A DNA stretch of 64,000 nt, from NCBI GenBank assembly GCA_965116805.1, contig OZ220713.1:532942-596941 (forward strand), in the 5' to 3' direction. A program made the position numbers and the translations under genes. The stretch is from Vicinamibacteria bacterium. GTDB lineage: Bacteria; Acidobacteriota; Vicinamibacteria; Marinacidobacterales; Marinacidobacteraceae. The stretch's first letter is position 1, and every line of letters starts with the position of its first letter. The notes beneath the pieces are model-generated. The model did not search any database. It was given only the letters and a program-made list of their open reading frames with translations, and was not told where the DNA came from. Below, one piece after another: positions 33,355 through 43,449 of this stretch.

Positions 33355-33463
33355 TCACGCCGCCAGGGCGCGACGGCGTGGGGCCGCCCGCGGCCCTGCG
33401 GGCCGCTGTGCCGGCTGAAGCCGGCGTTCCAAGCCGACGCGTCACCCCGGTCCGCTGGCTGAA

Positions 33464-33534
33464 GTGCACGTTCGCTTCGACTTTTCCACAATTCGCGCGG
33501 GAACGGGAAGAAATGGGTCGGATTCTCGTCTAGG
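33464..33534 (+). promoter_or_regulatory. Conserved leader element, copy 1 (DnaA-box-like plus ECF-like promoter)
   Basis: GTGCACGTTCGCTTCGAC-TTTTCCACA-N15-GGAAG-N16-CGTCTAG; four other copies in the window. Confidence 0.7.
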
Positions 33535-33586
33535 GAAGTAGAGGGGGACGCCGGGTCTTTCTCTCCATTCACCGGAGGAGCGTTCG

Positions 33587-34135
33587 ATGCCCACCCAGCC
33601 CCCGCCGCAACCCTCGGCCCCCGAGCTGTCCGCCAAGCCGGCCCAACCGTCGGTGGACGCGTCGCCTTCCGGTCCGGACGCCGCTGCGAAACCGGTCCAG
33701 GAGGGAGCGCTTTTCCATCTGCTCGTGGAGCGCGGGTGGGATGCGGCGCTTGCGTATACTGCGGATCAACGAATACACGCCATGACTTCGGAGATTGCTG
33801 CCGCCGGCCTCAAGCCGGTGTTGGCAGAACTCGCGCGGATCCGCGAAACCATGGCCGGCTTTGCCACCAAGAAGGAACTCCAGACCGAACTCCGGCAGAT
33901 CCGCGAGAGCATGGTCACCAAAACGGATCTGGCCGATTTCGTCACCAGGGAGGACCTGAAGGCGACCCTGGCCGACTTCCCCACCAAGGCGGACCTGCGG
34001 CATGAACTCGCGGAGTTCCGGACGGATCTGCGGCGTGTACTCGCGGAGCGCGAGACGCGGCTCGTCAAGTGGGTGTTCGGGGCGCTGCTGGCGCAGACGG
34101 CGGTCATCGTCGGATTGGTGACGCTGCTGAGGTAG
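33587..34135 (+). CDS. Membrane-anchored coiled-coil protein, DUF1640/CCDC90-like
   Basis: Pro-rich N-terminus, repeated (F/M)(A/V/P)T(K/R)xDL beta-layer-type motifs, C-terminal LVKWVFG...TM; RBS GGAGGAG. Confidence 0.8.
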   Translation: MPTQPPPQPSAPELSAKPAQPSVDASPSGPDAAAKPVQEGALFHLLVERGWDAALAYTADQRIHAMTSEIAAAGLKPVLAELARIRETMAGFATKKELQTELRQIRESMVTKTDLADFVTREDLKATLADFPTKADLRHELAEFRTDLRRVLAERETRLVKWVFGALLAQTAVIVGLVTLLR

Positions 34136-34262
34136 CTGCCTCCGCCCGCCTCCGGCGAGCTTTGCCGGCTGAATGAAGCCGGCCCAGTTCTTCCGGTGGG
34201 GGGGAGCGGGGTGCGTTTCGCGGCCTGCGGCCGCGATGCCGGCCGGAGGCCGGCGCTCCGAG

Positions 34263-34580
34263 CGGACGCGCCGACCTGGCCGGGACGCCGCGAAACCGGC
34301 TCGGGAAGAGACGCTTTTCCAGCCGCTCGTGGAGAGCGGATGGGACCCGAGGCTCGCCTATACTGCGAACCAGCGGATACACGCCATGACTTCGGAGATT
34401 GCTGCCGCCGGCCTCAAGCCAGTGCTGGCGGAACTCGCGCGGATCCGCGAGAGCATGGTCACCAAGACGGATCTGCGGCGTGAGCTCGCTGAGCGCGAGA
34501 CGCGGCTCGTCAAGTGGGTGTTCGGGGCGATGCTGGCGCAGACGGCGGTGATCGTCGGATTGGTGACGCTGCTGAGGTAG
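34263..34580 (+). pseudogene. 5'-truncated, repeat-collapsed tandem duplicate of 33587..34135 (possible short CDS from ATG 34386)
   Basis: Near-identical sequence lacking the leader, the start and the internal ATK repeats; begins right after a REP. Confidence 0.7.
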
Positions 34581-34712
34581 ACGCCTCCGCCCGGCTGCGG
34601 CGGGCTTTGCCGGCTGGAGCCGGCCCGGTTCTTCCGGTGTGGAGGGGGCGGCGTGCGTTTCGCGGCCTGCGGCCGCGATGCCGGCCGGAGGCCGGCGCTC
34701 CGAGCTCCGAGC

Positions 34713-36014
34713 CTAGTGACCCTTGTGGCCGAGCGGACCCCGGGCGGAGCTGCGCTTCGCGCCGCCCTCGTCGTCGTCGGCCTCGGCGGCGTTGCCGCGC
34801 AGGATGGCGGGCACGTCCACTCCGGTGGAGGTCTTCAACTGCTCGAGGAAGGCGGCGATGGACCCGGTGAGGCCGCGCACGTGGTTCGGGACCGCGCCGC
34901 CGGTGCCGTTGTCCACCACGGTGAGCCGTTCCACGTGGAGGTTGTCGTGGAGCACGTGGGTGACCTTGTCGATGATCTGCGGGAGCATCTGCAGCAGCAT
35001 GATTTCCCGCGTGGTGTCGTCGTCCCACTGCGCCTTGATCTCGGCGAGGGCATCGGCGGTGGCCTTGCCGTTCTCGCGGATCCGGGAGGCCTCGCCCTGG
35101 GAGGTCAGCGCCCGGGCCTGGCTGGAAGCCTCGGCCGGCACCACCGTGTTGGCCTTCTCGCGAAGCTCGTTCCGCGCCACGCGGATCTCTTCGAGCTTGC
35201 GCTCTTCCTCGATCCGGGCCATGCGCTTCGCCACCTCGGCGACCTGTTCGGCCTGGTTCGACGCCGCGGCCCGCTCGGCCCGCCGCATCCGCACGCCGTG
35301 CTCGGCGTCCACGATGGCCTCTTCGGCGCTGGTCTCCGCGACCACCGCATCACGCTTCGCGTTCGCGGCCACGTCGCGCGCCTCGGCGTCCGCCCGGGCC
35401 TCGGCGACCTTGGCGTCCCGGCGGACGGCCGCGCTGCGCTTGCGGCCGATGGCGTCGAGGTAGCCCTCGGTGTCGGACAGGTGCTGGATCTTGAAGGTGT
35501 CCAGCACGAGGCCGAGCTGCGAGAAGTCCTGCCGCACCGCTTCCGACACCGCATCGCCGACGCCCAGCCGCTCGGCGTTCGCCTCCTCGGGAGTCCGGGT
35601 GGCGATGACGCCGCGCAGGCTGCCTTCGAGCGTCTGCTTCGCGACGGTCTGGATCTCGTGCTGGGTCCGGCCGAGGAAACGCTCCACCGCCTGGTCGAGG
35701 CCGCCCTCCGGATCGCCGGCGATCTTCACGGTCGCCATGCCGTCCACGTCCAGCGGGATCATCCCCGCCGACAGCGCCTTCTTGACCGTGACCTCGATGG
35801 GAATGGTGTTCAGGGAGATGCGGGACACCGTCTCGATGAGCGGACGGCGGAAACCGCGGCCGCCCCGGATGATGCGATAGCCCTTCTTCCGTCCCGAGAA
35901 GATCACCGCCTCGTTGGGGGCGCAGACCACCACGTGCGCGCGGATGAAGATGATGATCGCCAAGATCCCGACGATCGCGAGAGAAAGGGCGATTCCAATG
36001 GTTCCTGGAGTCAT
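34713..36014 (-). CDS. Flotillin/SPFH domain protein
   Basis: N-terminal TM, PNEAVIFSGR, AVERFLG, TLEGSLRGVIA, EGYLDAIGR, Ala/Glu coiled coil. Confidence 0.9.
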   Translation of the reverse strand: MTPGTIGIALSLAIVGILAIIIFIRAHVVVCAPNEAVIFSGRKKGYRIIRGGRGFRRPLIETVSRISLNTIPIEVTVKKALSAGMIPLDVDGMATVKIAGDPEGGLDQAVERFLGRTQHEIQTVAKQTLEGSLRGVIATRTPEEANAERLGVGDAVSEAVRQDFSQLGLVLDTFKIQHLSDTEGYLDAIGRKRSAAVRRDAKVAEARADAEARDVAANAKRDAVVAETSAEEAIVDAEHGVRMRRAERAAASNQAEQVAEVAKRMARIEEERKLEEIRVARNELREKANTVVPAEASSQARALTSQGEASRIRENGKATADALAEIKAQWDDDTTREIMLLQMLPQIIDKVTHVLHDNLHVERLTVVDNGTGGAVPNHVRGLTGSIAAFLEQLKTSTGVDVPAILRGNAAEADDDEGGAKRSSARGPLGHKGH

Positions 36015-36065
36015 GAAAGGGCCTCCGTGGCCGCTGGCCGGACGCTTTGCAAGCCGCTCCGAGAA

Positions 36066-37481
36066 TCAGCAGTCATAGTAGAGAGCGAACTCCGCGGGAT
36101 GGGGTCGCTGGTCCATGTAGGCGAGTTCGTTGGCCCGCTTGTAGCGGATCCAGGTATCGATGACATCGTGCGTGAAGACGTCGCCCCGCAGCAGGTACTC
36201 GTGGTCCTCCTCCAGCGCGTTGAGCGCCGCCTTGAGCGTCGGCGGGGTGTCGCCAATCTTCCGCAGTTCCGCTTCGGGCAGTTCGTAGAGGTCCTGGTCC
36301 ACCGGATCGGGAGGAACGATCCGGTTCGTGATGCCGTCGACCCCCGCCATCATGATGGCCGAGAAGGCCAGGTACGGGTTCGCGCTCGGGTCGGGACAGC
36401 GGAACTCGATCCGCTTGGCCCCCGGGGCGGCCGAATACATCGGGATCCGCACCGCGGCGGAGCGGTTGCTCCGGGAATAGACGAGCTTGTTCGGAGCTTC
36501 GAAGCCGGGGACGAGGCGCCGGTAGGAGTTGGCGGTGGGGCAGGTGAAGGCGCACAGCGACGACGCGTGCTTCAGGATGCCGCCGATGAAGAAGACCCCC
36601 GCCTCGCTGAGGCCGGCGTAGCCGTCCGGGTCGTAGAAGAGGTTCTTCCCCTTGCGCCACAGGCTCATGTGGCAGTGCATTCCCGAACCGTTGTCGCCGA
36701 AGAGAGGCTTCGGCATGAAGGTCGCGGTCCGGCCGTGCCGGTTGGCGGTGTTCTTGACGATGTACTTGAACTTCATCATTGAGTCCGCCATCTGGCTGAT
36801 CGTCGTGTACTTGATCCCGATCTCGCACTGGCCGCCGCTGCCCACTTCCTGGTGGTGGAGTTCGGCATCCACCCCGCAGTCGCGCAGGTTGGTGAGCATC
36901 TGCGAGCGCACGTCCTGGTAGGGATCCGTCGGGGGCATCCGGAAGTAGCCCTGCTTGAGTCCCGGCTTGTGGCCGAGGTTCGGCTTCTCGACCCGTCCGA
37001 CGTTCCAGGCGCCGATCCCGGAGTCCACGTAGTAGAAGGCCTCGTTCACCGTCTGGTCGAAGCGGACGTCGTCGAAGATGTAGAACTCGGCTTCGGGGCC
37101 GACGTAGCAGGTGTCGGCGAGCGCCGAGGTCTCGAGGAACCGGGTGGCCTTCTCGACGATGTTCCGCGGGTCGCGCGAATAGAGACTGAGGTCCACCGGG
37201 TCCTTGACGTTGCAGATGAAGACCAGGGTGGGCTCCTCGTAGAAGGGATCGATGAAGCCGCTGTCCGGATCGGGGCGGAGCAGCATGTCGCTCCGCTCGA
37301 TGCCCTGGAAGCCCCGGACCGAGGAACCGTCGAAGCCGATGCCGTGGACGAACATGTCCTCGTCGAAGGCCTCGATGGCGTAGGAGATGTGGCGCCAGCC
37401 GCCGAGGAGGTCCGTGAACCGGAAGTCCACGAACCGGATCTTGCGGTCCTGGATGACGCGGCGGACGTCGCGAAGAGACAT
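36066..37481 (-). CDS. glnA: Type I glutamine synthetase
   Basis: FDGSS, HHQEV, TFMPKPLFGDNGSGMHCH, NSYRRLVPGFEAP, NRSAAVRIP, DLY. Confidence 0.97.
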   Translation of the reverse strand: MSLRDVRRVIQDRKIRFVDFRFTDLLGGWRHISYAIEAFDEDMFVHGIGFDGSSVRGFQGIERSDMLLRPDPDSGFIDPFYEEPTLVFICNVKDPVDLSLYSRDPRNIVEKATRFLETSALADTCYVGPEAEFYIFDDVRFDQTVNEAFYYVDSGIGAWNVGRVEKPNLGHKPGLKQGYFRMPPTDPYQDVRSQMLTNLRDCGVDAELHHQEVGSGGQCEIGIKYTTISQMADSMMKFKYIVKNTANRHGRTATFMPKPLFGDNGSGMHCHMSLWRKGKNLFYDPDGYAGLSEAGVFFIGGILKHASSLCAFTCPTANSYRRLVPGFEAPNKLVYSRSNRSAAVRIPMYSAAPGAKRIEFRCPDPSANPYLAFSAIMMAGVDGITNRIVPPDPVDQDLYELPEAELRKIGDTPPTLKAALNALEEDHEYLLRGDVFTHDVIDTWIRYKRANELAYMDQRPHPAEFALYYDC

Positions 37482-37488
37482 GGAGCCG

Positions 37489-37830
37489 CTAGCCGATGGC
37501 CTGCGAGCCGCGCTCGCCGGTCCGGATCCGGATGCAGTCGTGGAGGTCGGTGACGAAGATCTTCCCGTCCCCCGCCTGTCCGGTCTGCGCCGCCCTGAGG
37601 ATCGCCTGGACCGCGCGCTCCACGAAGTCCTCGTTCACGGCGACGTCGATGCGGACGCGCTTCAGGATGTTCACCTGCGTCTGGACCCCGCGGAAGGTGG
37701 CCTGGTACCCCTTCTGGGTTCCGTGGCCGACGCCCGCGGTGATCGAGAACTTGTTGATCTGCGCTCCGAAGAGTTCCTCCTGGACCAGGGGAACCACCTC
37801 GGGTTGAACCATGGCGGTGACTAGCTTCAT
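37489..37830 (-). CDS. glnK: P-II family nitrogen regulator
   Basis: MKLVTAMVQP, TGQAGDGKIFV, IRIRTGERG; adjacent to amtB. Confidence 0.92.
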   Translation of the reverse strand: MKLVTAMVQPEVVPLVQEELFGAQINKFSITAGVGHGTQKGYQATFRGVQTQVNILKRVRIDVAVNEDFVERAVQAILRAAQTGQAGDGKIFVTDLHDCIRIRTGERGSQAIG

Positions 37831-37858
37831 GTCGTGACAGCCTCGAAGGAAGTTCCCC

Positions 37859-39175
37859 TCAGGAACCCAGGATCTGGAAGCCGGTGTAGGACTCCATGCC
37901 GTGCTCGTTCATGTCGAGTCCGCGAATCTCTTCCATCCGGTCCACCCGGAGGCCGAGCACCGCCTTGATGGCGATGAACACGAGGCCCATGGAGAGGAAG
38001 ACGAAGATGCCGGAGGCGAAGGTGCCGAGCGCCTGGATCCCGAGCTGCTCGAAGCCGCCGCCGTAGAAGAGCCCCTCCCGGGCGAGTCCGAGCGATTCCC
38101 TCCCCCATAACCCGACGGTCAGGGTCCCCCAGATGCCGCAGAGGCCGTGCACCGGGAAGGCGCCGCACGGATCGTCCACCTTGATGATCCGCAGCAGCCC
38201 CTCACCGAGGACGATCACGAACCCGCCGGTCACGCCGATCCAGATCGCGGCCGCCGGGCTCACCACCGCGCAGGGCGCGGTGATCGAGACCAGGCCGGCG
38301 AGCGCCCCGTTCATGGTGAAGAACAGGTCGGGCTTTCCGAACAGGATCCAGGAGATGAAGGTCGTGGTCACCGCGGCGGCGGCGGCGGCGAGGTTCGTGT
38401 TGATGGCGATCAGCGAGATGGCCTCCCCGTCGCCCACCGCGAGGTTGGAACCCGGGTTGAAGCCGAACCAGCCGAACCAGAGGATGAAGACCCCGAGCGA
38501 GGCCAGCGGCACCGAGTGGCCGGGGATGGGGTTCGAGGAGCCGTCGGCGTTGAAGCGGCCGAGGCGCGGCCCCAGGATCATGGCGCCCACCAGCGCCGTC
38601 GCGCCTCCGGTCAGGTGGACGACCGTCGAGCCCGCGAAGTCGAAGAAGTCGAGCTGGGCCAGCCAGCCGCCGCCCCAGGTCCAGTGTCCGACGACCGGGT
38701 AGACGAACGCGGAGATGATGAAGGAGTACGCGAGGTAGGCGGGGAACTTCATCCGCTCCGCCATCCCGCCGGCCACGATGGTGGCCGCGGCGCCGCAGAA
38801 CGCCGCCTGGAACAGCCAGAACGCCCACAGCGGCACGTCGGCGCCCGACTCGGCGCCCACCAGGAAGAAGCCGCTGGTCCCGAAGAAGGGGTTCCCCTCC
38901 GAGAACATGATGGCGTAGCCGAACACGAAGAACCCGAGCGACGCCATGCAGTAGTCGAGGAAGTTCTTCGTGAGGATGTTGCAGGTGTTCTTCGCGCGGA
39001 TGAAACCGGCCTCCAGCATCCCGAACCCGGCCTGCATGAGGAACACGAGGAACGCGGACACCAGCACGAACAGGGTGTCGAGCCCCACCGTGCTCGCGCC
39101 GCCGTCGTCCTGCGCAAACGCGGGTTCGGTCAGCAGGAGGGCGGCCAACCCGATCAGCGGAATTCGCCTCAGCAT
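37859..39175 (-). CDS. amtB: Ammonium transporter
   Basis: LVFLMQAGF, DFAGSTVVH, ILWFGWFGFN, NGALAGLVSITA, DDPCGAFPVHG. Confidence 0.96.
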   Translation of the reverse strand: MLRRIPLIGLAALLLTEPAFAQDDGGASTVGLDTLFVLVSAFLVFLMQAGFGMLEAGFIRAKNTCNILTKNFLDYCMASLGFFVFGYAIMFSEGNPFFGTSGFFLVGAESGADVPLWAFWLFQAAFCGAAATIVAGGMAERMKFPAYLAYSFIISAFVYPVVGHWTWGGGWLAQLDFFDFAGSTVVHLTGGATALVGAMILGPRLGRFNADGSSNPIPGHSVPLASLGVFILWFGWFGFNPGSNLAVGDGEAISLIAINTNLAAAAAAVTTTFISWILFGKPDLFFTMNGALAGLVSITAPCAVVSPAAAIWIGVTGGFVIVLGEGLLRIIKVDDPCGAFPVHGLCGIWGTLTVGLWGRESLGLAREGLFYGGGFEQLGIQALGTFASGIFVFLSMGLVFIAIKAVLGLRVDRMEEIRGLDMNEHGMESYTGFQILGS

Positions 39176-39334
39176 CAGGACCTCCTCCTCAGGAGCACTT
39201 GTCTCCGGATGCCCGCCATCCCGGCCGGGCGTCCCTACACGGGCGCGGAGCGTACGGCCACAGGCGCGGGCGGGTCAACCCCGGCACGGCGCCGGCGATC
39301 ACGGTTGTATATGGCACGCCGGTCCGCGCGGCGG

Positions 39335-40207
39335 CTACACCGTCAGTCCGGTGACGGTCAGCAGCGCCATCAGGCCGAGCATCACAGTCACGGCGTGGAC
39401 GGTCATCAGGACGAACTGCTTCGCGAGGGTCTTCAGCACCCCGTCCGCGTAGACGCGGCGCAGCGACAGGAAAAGCGCCGTCAACAGCGCCAGATAGGCG
39501 ATCGTGGACGGGATCTGGGTGTCGAGGATCAGGGTTCCGCTGGCGCCGGCCACGAGCAGCACGAACGCGAGCGTGTGGAAGTGCAGCGCGAACACCAGGT
39601 GCGGAACGAAGTAGCGCTCCCGCCGGCGGTACAGCAGCCGGAGCCAGAGGGCGAAGAGGGGAACCTGGGCGAACACCGTCCACTGGAGCCGCTGGTGGAA
39701 GAGCCGCTGGGCGCGTTCCGGAGCTTCGAGCGCCGGCTGGAACACATGTTCCGAGAACCAATCGGGTTCGTCTTCGCCGGACTCCGAATCCTCGCCTTCG
39801 ACAACCTCCACAGCGATCGGCGCCGCACCGGAGGGCAGATCGACGGGGGGAGGTCCCGAACCGATCCGGAGCGGCGCCCAGGGGTTGGTACCGGTCGCGT
39901 CGAGGACCGCGTTCGGCGCGGTGAACACGAGGAAGAGGAAGCTCACGAAGCTGACGATCAGGTACAGCCGCAGCGGCGTCACGAACCGGGCCCGGCGCCC
40001 CGCCCAGTAGTCCGCGGTCAGCGAGCCGGGCCGGCGGAAGAGCGCGACGAGCGTCCGCCAGATCCGCGAATCGAACGAGAAGACGTCGTCCAGGGCCTCG
40101 CGGAGGAACGCGCTGACCGGCGTCCGCAGTTCGGCGGCGCGCTGGCCGCAGGCGGGGCAGTACCGCTCCACCTGCCCGGACCCGCAGTTCGGACAGCGCT
40201 CGCTCAT
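39335..40207 (-). CDS. DUF3667 domain membrane protein
   Basis: CPNCG...YCPACGQ, FDSRIWRTL...PGSLTADY.AGRR..PLRLYL. Confidence 0.88.
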   Translation of the reverse strand: MSERCPNCGSGQVERYCPACGQRAAELRTPVSAFLREALDDVFSFDSRIWRTLVALFRRPGSLTADYWAGRRARFVTPLRLYLIVSFVSFLFLVFTAPNAVLDATGTNPWAPLRIGSGPPPVDLPSGAAPIAVEVVEGEDSESGEDEPDWFSEHVFQPALEAPERAQRLFHQRLQWTVFAQVPLFALWLRLLYRRRERYFVPHLVFALHFHTLAFVLLVAGASGTLILDTQIPSTIAYLALLTALFLSLRRVYADGVLKTLAKQFVLMTVHAVTVMLGLMALLTVTGLTV

Positions 40208-40416
40208 CGTCGAAACGCGAGCGTACCCGGTTGCCCGGGCTTGCTGTCCCGTTGGCCGTTCTTGCTGTTCGTCCACGGCGGCGTTTTTTCCTTGCGCGCC
40301 CTTGCTGTTTCGTTGTCCCTGCCTGCTGTCTTCGCGTTCGCCTCGGGTGCGTTCGGGTTGCGCGCGCGGAACACGCGTTTCATCCTGCTGCGTACGAGTC
40401 CCCGGGGGCCGATGTC

Positions 40417-40737
40417 ATGGCAGGAAACAGGACACATAGCGTCGCACTCAAACGGCAGGTCGTTCAGGAATACCTCGACGGCGAGACGCTCCACGGACTG
40501 GCGCGCCGTCACGACCTGCCCCACAACCTGATCCGCCTCTGGGTGGATGAAACCCTGTATCCCGCGCAGCGCGGCGAACCGGGCGAAGCTCCCGCTCTCG
40601 AGGACCTCGCGGCGCTCGCCCGGGCGATCCATGAATGCGAGACGCGCATCGAGGCCATCGAGCGTCTCGTCGCCCGGCGCGCCGCGCAGTTCGGGATCCG
40701 GCGCCGGGAACGGCCGCCGGGCGCCGCATCCGATTGA
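40417..40737 (+). mobile_element. IS3-family OrfA-like HTH transposase fragment (no OrfB visible)
   Basis: RTHSVALKRQVVQEYLDGETLHGLARRHDL...LIRLWV...IEAIERLV. Confidence 0.7.
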
Positions 40738-41067
40738 CCCCGTAGGCCGAACTCCCGCGGACGGGAACCGCCGGGGTGCGATGCATCGCATGGGCAGGTC
40801 ATTTGTTGTCGGGACATCGAACGCCGAACGCAACCTCCTGCAACGTCTTCATGCTGCAGCGCCAACCGCCGCTACGGACGTTGACGGATCGACGCGTCCA
40901 CTGCACGGCCCGTCACATTCGTTCATGCGATATCCCGCACACTTCGAAGTTTGTCGCACTATCGAAATGACGCGCGACACGAACACGGCGTCACTGCCTC
41001 CAGTTTGCACAGTTGACCGAGAACAGTTATCAATACGTGACACTCATTGGGATCGTGGTGGTGCTTC

Positions 41068-41997
41068 ATGGAGAACAGCCGACGCCGGCGCACTGATTTC
41101 GACACTGCACTTCGTCTCGGCAGACACGTACCCGCCAAGTACATAACGGGGACCCAACTCGGCACCAGCAACGGCCGGGGATGGAAACGGCTGCTGGCCG
41201 AGCGCTGGCGTCACGCGCCGGGCCAGCTCGGCAACGCGCCGGGACAGGAAACGGAAGTCGCCGTCATCCTGCGGGGCCGTCTGCCCGTCCGCCGCCGCGA
41301 CAACGGCCGGGCGCAGGACTGCTACGCCATTCCGGGCACGGTGGCGCTGTGTCCCGCCGGCTTTCAGGAGGAGAGTTTCCAGCTCCGGGGGGAGATCGGC
41401 GAATGCGTCCACCTGTTCCTGCCCCGGCTCGCGGAAACGGCGCTTCGTGAACTCGACGCCGATCCCGGCAGGATCCGGCTCCGCTACGAGAAGGCGTTCC
41501 GCGATCCCCTGATCGAGGGAATCGCCCGGGCGATCCGCGCGGAGATGCTCGATCCCACCCCGGCGGGCAACATGCTGGCGGAGACCCTGGCCACGGCGCT
41601 CGAGGTTCATCTGCTTCAGCGTCACTCCAGCCTGACCGCCGCCGCCTCGTCCCTCCCGACCGCCCGCGGGGCGCTCGATCCCGGACGGCTCGGCCGCGTC
41701 ACGGACTACATCGAGACCCATCTGGCCGAAGACCTGACCATCGAGGCGCTCGCGAACGAGGCCTGTCTGAGTCCCTTCCACTTCGCCCGCGCCTTCAAGG
41801 CGGCGACCGGCATGGCGCCGCACCGCTACCTCACGAGCCGCCGGCTCGAGAAGGCCCGGTCCTGGATCGCGGAGGGCCAGCTCTCGCTCGCCGAGATCGC
41901 CTTCCGCTGCGGGTTCGCCTCCCAGGCCTCGTTCACCAGGTGGTTCAAGCGCCTCGCCGGCGCCACCCCCGGCGAATACCGATCAGGCGACGCCTGA
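41068..41997 (+). CDS. AraC family transcriptional regulator
   Basis: C-terminal double HTH: LTIEALANEACLSPFHFARAFK...LSLAEIAFRCGFASQASFTRWFKR..GATPGEYR. Confidence 0.92.
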   Translation: MENSRRRRTDFDTALRLGRHVPAKYITGTQLGTSNGRGWKRLLAERWRHAPGQLGNAPGQETEVAVILRGRLPVRRRDNGRAQDCYAIPGTVALCPAGFQEESFQLRGEIGECVHLFLPRLAETALRELDADPGRIRLRYEKAFRDPLIEGIARAIRAEMLDPTPAGNMLAETLATALEVHLLQRHSSLTAAASSLPTARGALDPGRLGRVTDYIETHLAEDLTIEALANEACLSPFHFARAFKAATGMAPHRYLTSRRLEKARSWIAEGQLSLAEIAFRCGFASQASFTRWFKRLAGATPGEYRSGDA

Positions 41998-42003
41998 GGA
42001 AGG

Positions 42004-42145
42004 GGACCGGGACCGCCGGTCTTCAGACCGGCACCGCGGGCCGCAGGCCCGCGCACAACACACCGCCACCAACCCCAGATCGCGCCCACGGCTTGGAACG
42101 CCGGCTTCAGCCGGCACAGCGGGCCGCAGGCCCGCGCACAACACG
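42004..42145. repeat. REP-like cluster
   Basis: GGGACCGCCGGTCTTCAGACCGGC and GGCTTGGAACGCCGGCTTCAGCCGGC hairpins, each followed by GCGGGCCGCAGGCCCGCGCACAACAC. Confidence 0.75.
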
Positions 42146-42222
42146 CCGCCACCAACGCCAGATGGCCGCGCACGGCGCTCCCAGCCGGGGACACCATCAC
42201 CGCTCCTAACCCACCCGCGGAA

Positions 42223-42293
42223 GTGCACATTCGCTTCGACTTTTCCACAAAACCCTCCGAAGCGGGAAGAAACGGGGCCGAATTCCGTCTAGG
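42223..42293 (+). promoter_or_regulatory. Conserved leader element, copy 2
   Basis: GTGCACATTCGCTTCGAC-TTTTCCACA-N15-GGAAG-N16-CGTCTAG. Confidence 0.7.
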
Positions 42294-42343
42294 AAAGTAG
42301 AGGAGGACACCGCGTCCTCCGACGCTTCCCCCAGGAGTTCCCG

Positions 42344-42886
42344 ATGCCCTCCCAGCCCGCCCCGGCGCCCGCCCCCGAACCTACGCCGAAGCCGGCCCCC
42401 CCACCCGCCGACGCTCCGCCACCCGTCCCGGACGGCGCCCCACCCGAACCTCCCGAGGAAGGCGCCATCTTCCACGCCTTGCTCGACGCGGGGGTCGAGG
42501 CGAAGCTCGCCTATACTGCGGAAAAGCGAATGCACACCATGACTTCCGAGACCGTCGCCGCGCACACGCAGCCGATCCTGGAGGAAGTCAGCCAGCTCAC
42601 CATGCAGGTTCGCGACCTCGCCGAGATGGTCCGCGGCCTCACCGAGCAGGTTCGCGACCTCGCCGAGACCGTCGCCGAGAACCACCGCACGGTCACCGCC
42701 GATATCCAGGCGCTCAAGGAGGCCGAAGCCGAACAGGATCGCAAGTTGGATGAGCTTGCCAAGGCCGTCGCCACGCACGACCGCAAGCTGGACGTGCTGT
42801 CAGCCCAGATGCGGCTGGTGACAGGCGCGCTCGGCCTCCTGATCACCGCCCTCATCGCGGTCTTCGGCATCCTGTTCACAAGGTAG
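42344..42886 (+). CDS. Membrane-anchored coiled-coil protein, paralog of 33587
   Basis: Pro-rich N-terminus, shared head EGAIFHALLDAG...LAYTAEKRMHTMTSE, heptad stalk, C-terminal TM. Confidence 0.8.
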   Translation: MPSQPAPAPAPEPTPKPAPPPADAPPPVPDGAPPEPPEEGAIFHALLDAGVEAKLAYTAEKRMHTMTSETVAAHTQPILEEVSQLTMQVRDLAEMVRGLTEQVRDLAETVAENHRTVTADIQALKEAEAEQDRKLDELAKAVATHDRKLDVLSAQMRLVTGALGLLITALIAVFGILFTR

Positions 42887-43285
<399 letters not shown>

Positions 43286-43449
43286 GGCTGACGGCGCACG
43301 CGGAATGCCCGGCCGGCGCGCCATCCCCGGACCGCCCGGTGGCACGCCCGGCTTGGAACGCCGGTCTCCAGACCGGCACGCGCGGCGCTCCGCGCCGCGC
43401 ACGGCGCAACCTCATTCACCGTCACAGCACCCACGCCGGAGATTTCCTG

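Noticed and set aside
33482-33490. DnaA-like boxes as a replication origin
   Set aside because: The boxes are single and dispersed over 22 kb, with no cluster and no dnaA/dnaN nearby.
39312-39327. Sigma-54 promoter for amtB-glnK-glnA
   Set aside because: TGGCAC is on the wrong strand and lacks the TTGC -12 element.
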